DNA of 64,000 nt from Macrostomum hystrix (Eukaryota > Animalia > Platyhelminthes): the NCBI GenBank assembly GCA_950097015.1, contig CATNEN010000007.1, positions 12,276,001-12,340,000 of the forward strand, read 5' to 3'. The notes under the pieces were generated by a model. That model saw only the letters and a list, made by a program, of their open reading frames with translations, was not told the DNA's origin and did not search any database. A program made the position numbers and the translations under genes. Each line of letters opens with the position of its first letter. The first letter of the stretch is position 1. Below are positions 48,659 to 64,000 of this stretch, piece after piece.

Positions 48659-48971
48659 CCAGATAACTCGGTTGCAGTAGCCAGGGAACTCGGTTGCAGT
48701 AGCCAGGGAACTCGGTTGCAGTAGCCAGGGAACTCGGTTGCAGTAGACAGGGAACTCGGTTGCAGTAGACAGGGAACTCGGTTGCAGTAGCCAGGGAACT
48801 CGGTTGCAGTAGACAGGGAACTCGGTTGCAGTAGCCAGGGAACTCGGTTGCAGTAGCCAGGGAACTCGGTTGCAGTAGCCAGGGAACTCGGTTGCAGTAG
48901 CCAGGGAACTCGGTTGCAGTAGCCAGGGAACTCGGTTGCAGTAGCCAGGGAACTCGGTTGCAGTAGCCAGG
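48649..48971. repeat. 22-bp minisatellite (CGGTTGCAGTAGCCAGGGAACT)n
   Basis: About 14 copies; the first overlaps the ORF's TAG. Confidence 0.96.
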
Positions 48972-49724
48972 GGTGACAGTTCAGTTTCGCAGTCAGTCCC
49001 GAATGTCTCCAGTGGAACCAGTTTGAGCAATCCGTTTCTGATCTATGCTTGAATTTGCTAATTTATTTTGTCCTTATCAACTCGCATTCGCACCTCACCG
49101 AACTCTCCGTCTCATTTTGTTCTCAAACTCAATTTGCTTTGCTGAATTTGTGCTCTCTGTCACTTGCCAAGTCCGTGCGTTACTGCTGGTATTTTCCAAG
49201 TGTGTATTGTGGGGTGGGCAGACGTGGGCATGATCGACAAATAAATTTGTTAAAGGGATTCGAACCACCAGCCGCCTGATTGTGAGGCTTGGCCTGCGGT
49301 GTCTTTCTTCGTGTGACCGGCTGCCACTGGCAGTCAAGAGTTTTAACAAAATATATTAATAAAATGCGTCTGCCGTGCACGTACGCTCGTAAAATTAATT
49401 ATAAAAACGTTTCACTATTAGTACTTTTCTGTTCTGGTTTGGACATGGACTCGAACAATTGTTTACAATTACTTAGAAAAGCGCATTTTAAGGCACTGTA
49501 AAACAGTAATAGAAAAGGTGAAAGATAAAAATAGCAGAGCATGATGATGAACGGACCAATTGGTGCACTTTGGCTTCTGGCCGATAATGTACAATAAGTG
49601 TCTGTATTTCCACTAGGGGAAGACACGTTGGCTGCCCGATTCTTGTACTTTTGCGAACCATTCAAATCTGTGTTACACCGTGTGATTCTTGGAATTCCTA
49701 CGTGACGTTTTTAAGTCACAGAAG

Positions 49725-50585
49725 TCACCGGATGCTCCAGGAATCACCGGATGCTCCAGGAATCACCGGATGCTCCAGGAATCACCTGATGCTCCAGGAA
49801 TCACCTGATGCTCCAGGAATCACCGGATGCTCCAGGAATCACCGGATGCTCCAGGAATCACCGGATGCTACAGGAATCACCGGATGCTCCAGGAATCTCC
49901 GGATGCTCCAGGAATCACCGGATGCTCCAGGAATCTCCGGATGCTCCAGGAATCACCGGATGCTCCAGGAATCACCGGATGCCCCAGGAATCACCGGATG
50001 CTCCAGGAATCACCGGATGCTCCAGGAATCACCGGATGCCCCAGGAATCACCGGATGCTCCAGGAATCACTGGATGTTCCAGGAATTACAGGATGCTCCA
50101 GGAATCTCCGGATGCTCCAGGAATCACCGGATGCTCCAGGAATCACCGGATGCCCCAGGAATCACCGGATGCTCCAGGAATCACCGGATGCTCCAGGAAT
50201 CACCTGATGCTCCAGGAATCACCGGATGCTCCAGGAATCACCTGATGCTCCAGGAATCACCGGATGCTCCAGGAATCACCGGATGCTCCAGGAATCACCG
50301 GATGCTACAGGAATCACCGGATGCTCCAGGAATCTCCGGATGCTCCAGGAATCACCGGATGCTCCAGGAATCACCGGATGCCCCAGGAATCACCGGATGC
50401 TCCAGGAATCACCGGATGCTCCAGGAATCACCGGATGCCCCAGGAATCACCGGATGCTCCAGGAATCACTGGATGTTCCAGGAATTACAGGATGCTCCAG
50501 GAATCTCCGGATGCTCCAGGAATCACCGGATGCTCCAGGAATCACCGGATGCTCCAGGAATCACCAGATCTTTCAGGAATCACCG
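49725..50585. repeat. 19-bp minisatellite (CACCGGATGCTCCAGGAAT)n
   Basis: About 45 copies, 100 nt past the BTB gene stop. Confidence 0.97.
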
Positions 50586-50684
50586 ATCATCTTCCTCACT
50601 TTTTACTGAACGTTCAAAAGCCCTAAAGCCGCATGCCTTGGATGCCAAGTGGTCCCCCGGATGTCCGAGATTTTCCGGAAGTTA

Positions 50685-52590
50685 CTAGCTCTCGGACTGC
50701 GCCAGCTGACTGCGGTACCGCTCCAGCTCCTCGCTGAGCCGTCCGATCTTGCCCTCCAGCAGGCTGACCCGCCGGGAGAAGATGCGGCAGAGAATCTCGT
50801 CTGGCAGCAGCTCCTTGAGCGCCGTCTGGTAGGCGGCCGTCTGGATGCTGGCCAGCAGGGACACGGCCTGCTCCTGCAGCTCCCGCATCTGGTACACGGT
50901 GGCCAGGCAGACATGCTCCAGCAGCTCCTCCATCCAAGGCTGCGGCAACTTCGGCTGAATAGGAATCGGTGCAATTATGCAGGGCTTATTAATGTGATTC
51001 TATCATTTAAGGGAGATAGAAAGCCAAGTTAGTGCCGTGTTGGGAGAAAAGGAAGAAGAGACAAGCAGATCCCATAGAGGCTTCAGTCAGGCTCACATGT
51101 CCTGTTCACTCACCCCAATGTCAGCCGCATCCTCTCCGTCGGTGTCCTTGAAGCCACCGCAGCCGTCGGGCAGTGCGTAAACTGGTGACTGCAGCAGCGC
51201 CCGCTCACAGCGCCCGAGCAGGTGGTCCATCTGGTATTCCGCCAGCATCGGCAGCAGGTGCCGGGCCCTGGGAGGGTGGATAGGAGGCTTGGGGATGAAA
51301 GTTGAATGACTGAGCCGCTGCTCATTTATCTTCTACCATTCGTGCTCAGAATCTCTGTGAGATTCGTCCTTAGAATCTCTCTGAGATTCGTCCTCAGAAT
51401 CTCTCTGAGATTCGTCATCAGAATCTCTCTGAGATTCGTCATCAGAATCTCTCTGAGATTCGTCATCAGAATCTCTCTGAGATTCGTCATCAGAATCTCT
51501 CTGAGATTCGTCCTCGCCAGCGTTTTAGGGAAGTTTATATATTTCCACCGAATGAAGAAATGCATCAAAACATCATAATTTCCAGAATGCAACAAGACTA
51601 TTCGGACTGCTTAAAGTAGACTAAGGACTTGTCCACGTTGACATCTAAGAAATTGTTTTCTGGCATCCTGTCGGAAAAGTGGTTGAATGGCGATTAAAAA
51701 GATTGTAAAGTCTTGTGTTCTGTTTAAATGTTTGATGGCAGTTAAAGCGAGACTTGAGACACATAGCCTCACCTTCCGCTGTGCATCTCCAACTGCGGTG
51801 GGTACACAGTGGCCAGCAGCTCCACAAACTGACTCAGACTCTTGCCTGGCAGCTCAATAGCTGGTGGCACATCGGCGCACTGCTGCTGCTGGCCCTCACG
51901 GAAGCTGCCAAGGAGCATGGCCCGGAACACTGGCGAAGTCTTGGCCAGCAGGCTGCGGTGCAAGTGCAGCTCCCGGCCCTCCACCAGCAGCCGGACGTCG
52001 CTGATACCGTCTGGGGCGAACGCGTCCGGGCCGCAGCCGTCCTCCACGAGCAGGTGGCCAGTCAGGCGCAGATTTGCGGCCAGGTAGCGAGCGTTGCGCC
52101 CGATCGTGGGCAGGGCAGCGCGGCCAAGCAGGCGCTCCGTGGTGGTCGAGTCGAATCGCTGCACCAAGCCACCCAGTAGGCCGTAGTCGGCGTTGGCAGC
52201 TGCTGTGCCGACCACCTGGGCAGCCGGCTGGGCCAGGTGAGCCTCCACGTAGGCGAAGCTGGCCCGATCACAGCACTTGCACACCAGGTAGACTTCACAA
52301 TGGCCGGCCGGTCCGGCAGACTCTTGGCTAGTGTGGGGAGAATTAGCTAGCTGCAAGGCCACCGGCCGCAGTCGAAGGTAGCATTCGACAACGGAGTCCG
52401 GACTCAGGTTGCGACTCACAGCGTCGCCTTGCAGTTTGGCTACCTTAAAGGTGACCTCGAAAGGGTACCGCTTGGCGAACTGCATGATCGCTAACGTTCT
52501 GGGAAGCTGTGGCGTCAAACTCACGGCTTTGTTTACTATCCCCCCATGGATTGCTTTTGTAGTTGCCACTCCATGTTGCAGGATTTCCAT
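50685..52590 (-). CDS. BTB/POZ domain protein; exons 52590-51773, 51267-51114, 50954-50685 (413 aa)
   Basis: SDVRLLVEGRELHLHRSLLAKTSPVFRAML, IELPGKS..FVELL..VYP and LAEYQMDHL..RCE. Phase-consistent introns; C-terminal coiled coil. Confidence 0.85.
51340..51515. repeat. 24-bp hairpin-unit minisatellite (GAGATTCGTCATCAGAATCTCTCT)n in BTB intron 1
   Basis: About 7 copies. Confidence 0.93.
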
Positions 52591-53167
52591 TTATGGAGCC
52601 ATTGAAAGTTGAGCAGAATTACCTAATTTGGTTGGAGGCAGCTCACAGAATCGACCATTGCCTAATTAGGAAATAATAAATAATTGTATGCACGGACATA
52701 AAACGCTATCTCTACTATAAGTAGAGATAGGCGTTTTCTTTTATGAGTTCTCATTCTTGAGTGCATGAATTACACAACATTAGCAGAACCATATTAAGAA
52801 AGTTCAATATTGAAATAAATATGTTGCACAAAGAAAATGCACGCAGATTTTCAATGACCAGCTGGCTGCTGGTAGGTTGCAATAAAATTGCAACACCAAG
52901 ATCGCCTTGTAGTCCGTTTTGTTAAAACAATGCTGCATTATCTTTAGCTATACACTTGATATGACATGCTTTTTAAAGGCCTCATGACTCATAAGCTGCA
53001 TTAACAGTTGCACTAACATGTAAAAGCACTTCCATAATAAGTCCTTCTTGTAAATAATTATGCACACATTCTAAAGTAAACGGTAGTAAACGGCTAGAAC
53101 GGCTTTCCTTTGTTACGAACTAGTCTAACTAGATATATATTTGGGAAAATACATCTATAAGCTCGAT

Positions 53168-53240
53168 GGGGTACTAGCTCAAATGGTAGAGCGCTCGCTT
53201 AGCATGCGAGAGGTACAGGGATCGATGCCCTGGTACTCCA
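53168..53240 (+). tRNA. tRNA-Ala(AGC)
   Basis: GGGGTAC/GTACTCC acceptor stem with G3:U70, anticodon arm CTCGC TT AGC AT GCGAG, T5 terminator just downstream. Confidence 0.97.
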
Positions 53241-53682
53241 GTGCATTTTTGGAGTCAAGAAATAATTTTTTCACTGACTAGTTTATCAAAGCGATACATT
53301 TTTTGCAATCATGCTTATTACGAACCATGTTTACTCTCATAGAATGATAATAGGATATATCGTTTCCGATATGTTTCGAAAAATGTAAATATGACAACCG
53401 TAGCGCAGCCATCATGTTGATCAGGCGCTGCGCCCTGCATTTATAACTTATATAAATGAAAATGAAAATGATAAATACTAAGTATTGTGTTGCTAGTAAC
53501 AATTTACAGCACACAGCACAGCACCATCACAAAGCGAAAAGAAAGCTACTACAAACAATGGAAAACAGCACATCTCTATTCGAAGAACTTAGCTAAAAAG
53601 TATGAATGTATGAATAGTATGAGTGTGAATGAATAGATTTGTAAATTTGCTTAACGATCTTTTGAAAAAATAATTATGAGTT

Positions 53683-53755
53683 TGGAGTACCAGGGCATCG
53701 ATCCCTGTACCTCTCGCATGCTAAGCGAGCGCTCTACCATTTGAGCTAGTACCCC
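53683..53755 (-). tRNA. tRNA-Ala(AGC)
   Basis: Exact reverse complement of 53168-53240. Confidence 0.97.
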
Positions 53756-54133
53756 TTGAGACCAAGCATATAATTTCTGTCATCGTATTCATATAATGAA
53801 TGATCGTTTCTTCTACTCTTAGTAGCAATACAAAATAAAAGACGCCAAAACATGCAGAACCTACGTCAAAAAAAGCGAGAGATAATTGACGATGATGGCT
53901 CTGAGATCAAGCGTTTTGTTTGGCTAGCAAAATTGACAGTACTCGCATACTTCTTTACGAAAATATTCAAAACGGATTCAAGCAAGAATTTGTACATCGT
54001 CGTAAGGTGCTTACATAAAAATAACAACCATATTGCTAACACTGAACAGGGAGTTCTTTCCCTTGCTTACCTGCACTGAGCCCCTGAAGTTTTACAACGC
54101 GATAAGCTGCCAACCGGCTTTATTCAGTCAGCC

Positions 54134-54206
54134 GGGGTACTAGCTCAAATGGTAGAGCGCTCGCTTAGCATGCGAGAGGTACAGGGATCGATGCCCTGGT
54201 ACTCCA
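54134..54206 (+). tRNA. tRNA-Ala(AGC)
   Basis: Identical third copy, with TTTT downstream. Confidence 0.97.
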
Positions 54207-54329
54207 AGACATTTTGTGGCACGGCAGATGTATGGCACTGACTAATGTGTAAGAGAAATGCTCGCTTTTGCTGAAAGTTTGCAATTAAAACCTAAAAAAA
54301 TGTGTCTAATTCTGCAGCAAACAGCTCTA

Positions 54330-55545
54330 ATGGACTAATGGAATCTGCATGGATTCATGGAATCTGCATGGATTCATGGAATCTGCATGGATTCATGGAA
54401 TCTGCATGGATTCATGGAATCTGCATGGATTCATGGAATCTGCATGGATTCATGGAATCTGCATGGATTCACGGAATCTGCATGGACTCATGGAATCTGC
54501 ATGGATTCGTGGAATCTGCATGGATTCTTGGAATCTGCATGGATTCATGGAATCTGCATGGATTCATGGAATCTGCATGGATTCATGGAATCTGCATGGA
54601 TTCATGGAATCTGCATGGATTCATGGAATCTGCATGGATTCACGGAATCTGCATGGACTCATGGAATCTGCATGGATTCGTGGAATCTGCATGGATTCTT
54701 GGAATCTGCATGGATTTATGGAATCTGCATGGATTCATGGAATCTGCATGGATTCATGGAATCTGCATGGATTCATGGAATCTGCATGGATTCATGGATT
54801 CATGGAATCTGCATGGATTCATGGAATCTGCATGGATTCGTGGAATCTGCATGGATTCGTGGAATCTGCATGGATTCGTGGAATCATGGAATCTGCATGG
54901 ATTCATGGAATCATGGAATCTGCATGGATTCATGGAATCATGGAATCTGCATGGATTCATGGAATCTGCATGGATTCATGGAATCTGCATGGAGTCATGG
55001 AATCTGCATGGATTCATGGAATCATGGAATCTGCATGGATTCATGGAATCTGCATGGATTCGTGGAATCTGCATGGAGTCATGGAATCTGCATGGATTCA
55101 TGGAATCATGGAATCTGCATGGATTCATGGAATCATGGAATCTGCATGGATTCATGGAATCATGGAATCTGCATGGATTCATGGAATCATGGAATCTGCA
55201 TGGATTCATGGAATCTGCATGGAGTCATGGAATCTGCATGGATTCATGGAATCATGGAATCTGCATGTGCTCATGGAATCTGCATGGACTAATGGAATCT
55301 GCATGGATTCATGGAATCTGCATGGATTCATGGAATCTGCATGGAGTCATGGAATCTACATGGATTCATGGAATCATGGAATCTGCATGGAATCATAGAA
55401 TCATGGAATCTGCATTGAATCATGGAATCAGCATGGATTCATGGAATCTGCATGGATTCGTGGAATCTGCATGGATTCGTGGAATCTGCATGGATTCGTG
55501 GAATCATGGAATCTGCATGGATTCATGGAATCTGCATGGATTCAG
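54330..55545. repeat. 19-bp near-palindromic minisatellite (ATGGAATCTGCATGGATTC)n with 8-bp sub-repeats
   Basis: Visible array. Confidence 0.97.
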
Positions 55546-55975
55546 AGATTCTGTGATTAGGCGAACGGGAAGTCCAAAATGGGAATGAGGGTTGAGTTTA
55601 AAATGCCAGAAATAAAGCAACTCATGAGAAAGGACACAAACCATTGAATTGTATAGCGGCTTGATAGTAAGCGAGAAAGAATAAAATTTATTAATAATAG
55701 AATCTGAATAAGTCAAGCGACATTGGATTATCCAAGCTTTCTGGTACATAAAAGCAAACATGCATCAGTTTGATTGTTAAGTAGTATGGTGCGAATGTTA
55801 TTTGCGCTTATACGAGTAAAATATGACATAATTGACTAAAGAATCAGACTCAAGAATTCTCGATCTCAGAAATACTCCGGAACTCATAATTACCTGCTAA
55901 TTTACAAACCCCCTGCATGCTAATCAGCATTCAAATCACAAGAATTGAGCACTGCTGATGATCTTGACTGCTCCT

Positions 55976-57628
55976 GATCCAACTGGACCATGAGAAGTCA
56001 TAGCTAATGATCCAACTGGACCATGAGAAGCCATAGCTAATGATCCAACTGGACCATGAGAAGTCATAGCTAATGATCCAACTGGACCATGAGAAGTCAT
56101 AGCTCATGATCCAACTAGACCATGAGAAGTCATAGCTAATGATCCAACTAGACCATGAGAAGTCATAGCTAATGATCCAACTGGACCATGAGAAGTCATA
56201 GCTAATGATCCAACTGGACCATGAGAAGTCATAGCTAATGATCCAACTGGACCATGAGAAGTCATAGCTAATGATCCAACTGGACCATGAGAAGTCATAG
56301 CTAATGATCCAACTGGACCATGAGAAGTCATAGCTCATGATCCAACTAGACCATGAGAAGTCATAGCTAATGATCCAACTGGACCATGAGAAGTCATAGC
56401 TAATGATCCAACTGGACCATAAGAAGTCATAGCTAATGATCCAACTGGACCATGAGAAGTCATAGCTAATGATCCAACTGGACCATGAGAAGTCATAGCT
56501 AATGATCCAACTGGACCATGAGAAGTCATAGCTAATGATCCAACTGGACCATGAGAAGTCATAGCTCATGATCCAACTGGACCATGAGAAGTCATAGCTA
56601 ATGATCCAACTAGACCATGAGAAGTCATAGCTAATGATCCAACTAGACCATGAGAAGTCATAGCTCATGATCCAACTAGACCATGAGAAGTCATAGCTAA
56701 TGATCCAACTAGACCACGAGAAGTCATAGCTCATGATCCAACTGGACCATGAGAAGTCATAGCTAATGATCCAACTGGACCATGAGAAGTCATAGCTAAT
56801 GATCCAACTAGACCATGAGAAGTCATAGCTAATGATCCAACTAGACCACGAGAAGTCATAGCTAATGATCCAACTGGACCATGAGAAGTCATAGCTAATG
56901 ATCCAACTAGACCATGAGAAGTCATAGCTCATGATCCAACTAGACCATGAGAAGTCATAGCTAATGATCCAACTAGACCACGAGAAGTCATAGCTCATGA
57001 TCCAACTGGACCATGAGAAGTCATAGCTAATGATCCAACTGGACCATAAGAAGTCATAGCTAATGATCCAACTGGACCATGAGAAGTCATAGCTAATGAT
57101 CCAACTGGACCATGAGAAGTCATAGCTAATGATCCAACTGGACCATGAGAAGTCATAGCTAATGATCCAACTGGACCATGAGAAGTCATAGCTAATGATC
57201 CAACTGGACCATGAGAAGTCATAGCTCATGATCCAACTGGACCATGAGAAGTCATAGCTAATGATCCAACTGGACCATAAGAAGTCATAGCTCATGATCC
57301 AACTGGACCATGAGAAGTCATAGCTAATGATCCAACTGGACCATGAGAAGTCATAGCTCATGATCCAACTGGACCATGAGAAGTCATAGCTAATGATCCA
57401 ACTAGACCATGAGAAGTCATAGCTAATGATCCAACTGGACCATGAGAAGTCATAGCTAATGATCCAACTAGACCATGAGAAGTCATAGCTAATGATCCAA
57501 CTGGACCATGAGAAGCCATAGCTCATGATCCAACTGGACCATGAGAAGTCATAGCTCATGATCCAACTGGACCATAAGAAGTCATAGCTAATGATCCAAC
57601 TGGACCATGAGAAGTCATAGCTCATGAC
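55976..57628. repeat. 33-bp minisatellite (GATCCAACTGGACCATGAGAAGTCATAGCTAAT)n, about 50 copies
   Basis: Visible, highly homogeneous array. Confidence 0.98.
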
Positions 57629-58105
57629 TGAAAGAGTATTTTAGTAAATGTAATGCCCATTTACATTTCTCTAAATGTAATGCCCAGTGACGGCAGCAGG
57701 GGAACTTCAGAATCGAATATTTTAGGCATATTTTAGCAAAAAGCATGCACAAGAAAACAAGGGATGCTGGGACAATGGCAGCAGTGCGGGTCTGTACAGC
57801 CGGAGGGTTGATTGAATGAGGCAAAAGCTAGCGGAGTGGGGCGGGTGCATCAGAAAAGCGGCCCAATTAAGAATCGTGTAAAACGGTGGCTAGTATAAAA
57901 CGCTGGGCACAATGGGCCCTAGAAAACAATGTCCAGTGTTTAGCAACAGAACAGCGGAGGCGCAATCCAATGCAAATTATTTTTTAAAGCCGTCGATGGT
58001 CAATAAAAGCGCGATAAGCGAAATGGAAAAAGGGAAATAAAAGTGCAGAAAGTCAGGCAGGGGTGAGAAAATAAGAAAACAAAAAAATTGAACGCCCAGT
58101 CCGGG

Positions 58106-62378
<4,273 letters not shown>

Positions 62379-64000
62379 TTAGCTGAACTGTCAAATATTT
62401 AATTACTATAAGTATTTTTAAGTTGTAGAAATGTAATGTTATGTAATAATGTTTTATTTTGCACATACCTAATTTAGAGTGTCTGAAAAAGACATTAAAA
62501 AACTGTTTACTACTTAATATAAAAATGAGAAACAAAAATGTAAATAAAAAAGCTACTAGCTACTTTTCTTACAGAACAAGCATTTTTCAAATATATAGTT
62601 TGGCTACAATTAGTCAACCAAAATTAAGTAACTTCATTTTTTCTTAAATATGTATAATTGCTTTGTTCTATTAGTTCCAATGATTTACACTAATGTGCTT
62701 AGGAATAAGTAAACTTGGCTCTTTTTATGAAAATTACATATAATTCACTAATTCAGGTAGAACAAAAGTATTGTCATTGAAGCTATAAATTTGCTAAAAT
62801 AGCTATAATCCCATAATTCTTCAATTAAATCACCAATTGTCATTGACAACAAACAGGCTTTGATACTAGAAAACTCACTTTTCAGACTTTTCAGAGTCAA
62901 ACTAAAAACCATTGAATTAGCCTAGGAAAAGTAGAGTCAAAGTATTGAGCCTCTGTCACCATGATTTGGTGGAGCACCTACCTCCCAATCTGAACCTATG
63001 TGACCAATTTATGTTCCTTTGGCTGAAGAACACACTCTAGGACATAAACTTCAATAGCTGTCAAGAGGTTGCAAAGTATCTCCAAAAGTGACTAGTTGGA
63101 TCAGCTCTTAGACCATTGCTAGTGCATGATTGCAAACAAAGAACACTATGTTACTTAGTGTTACTATGTTAGAGTTTACTAGTTTGTTTATCAGGAGGTA
63201 CCAACAACAAAACTTTTATTCCATGTGTAGAATAACTTTTACCAAGCAGCCTTCTTACTAGGCCTATCCTTCTTTGTATTTTAGCTATGCTTTTCTATAA
63301 CTAAACTACTTAACAACTTATCTAAAAAATTATATAACTAAATAGATTATAAAAGCAGTAGCATATAACTTTAAAAAACTATTATTTAAAAAAGTAGAAA
63401 ATTTAAATAGGCCTAATCTGATTAAGTTTTGGGATAATAATGTTTTAGATTAACTTATCAGAAATACAACTTAAAATTAAATTTAAAAAATGTTTTTTAC
63501 TGGCAGCAACTGTCAGTAATATTCAGGGATATTATTTTAATTATTTTAATTTGTTAAAATAAAAATAAGATAACAAAGCTATTATGTTTTTTTATGATAA
63601 CCATTGGCTATTGGCAAATTGGAACATTATAAATTAGTGGCATTTCTCAAAGCAAAAGGCAATTAAATGCTTGCTTGATTAAAAATATTGTAGCTTACAA
63701 TATACTACCCTCATTGGTGAGGTTTAAAATATAATTGGGGAAAATAAACAATAAAAAACTAGTTAGTAACAGTAACAGTAATACATGCATTAAAGTTAAT
63801 GCAGAAGAGTAAAAACTGAAAAAAAGAAGTAAATTGGCAAGTTTTTGTATACTATAGATGTTTAAAAAGGTTTAATAAGGGGGCTTGACTTTTGAAACCC
63901 AGCTCAAAAGTAAAATTAAAAAATTATATCTAACGTATCTATGTATGTATAAGTATGAGCTAGGCTCAGGCCTAACTTGTTAGAAATATCTGAATTATAA

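Noticed and set aside
54302-55588. Long ORFs (MESAWIHGIC..)n, and similar ones at 2742-3691, 10400-11183 and 49651-50688
   Set aside because: They are open in several frames because of repeat composition, and lie in introns or spacers.
55931-57625. 564-aa ORF (SYDFSWSSWII)n
   Set aside because: It is the translation of a 33-bp minisatellite that is stop-free in one frame, with no unique coding flanks.

Overview
Eukaryotic (animal) genomic DNA with GC-rich spliced genes, AT-rich spacers and about 25 unrelated minisatellite/microsatellite arrays. This architecture resembles a free-living flatworm such as Macrostomum; the assignment is inference, not proven. + strand 0-19 kb holds a tight co-directional run: COPS2, ACY1, a PSKH-like pseudokinase, PITRM1, PQBP1 and a DUF4419-like gene. 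On the - strand at 20.1-24.7 kb is one spliced gene fusing about 23 ankyrin repeats to a Mab-21/cGAS-like nucleotidyltransferase (cGLR candidate). Further on are CASC3/Barentsz, a Maf bZIP, a coiled-coil gene, a His/Cys-rich orphan, a BTB gene, three identical tRNA-Ala(AGC) genes and AMPK alpha (-). Most notable: (1) minisatellites whose unit is the exon/intron junction itself, giving up to 29 tandem AG|GT donor copies, each unit shaped like a GT..AG micro-intron; (2) the ankyrin-cGLR fusion, which the ORF track splits into three pieces; (3) genes with no usable ATG in their first recognisable exon that begin in frame right after an acceptor AG, as expected if a trans-spliced leader supplies the AUG. 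Exon boundaries were derived by hand from GT/AG signals, phase continuity and recalled homology; no database search was run.
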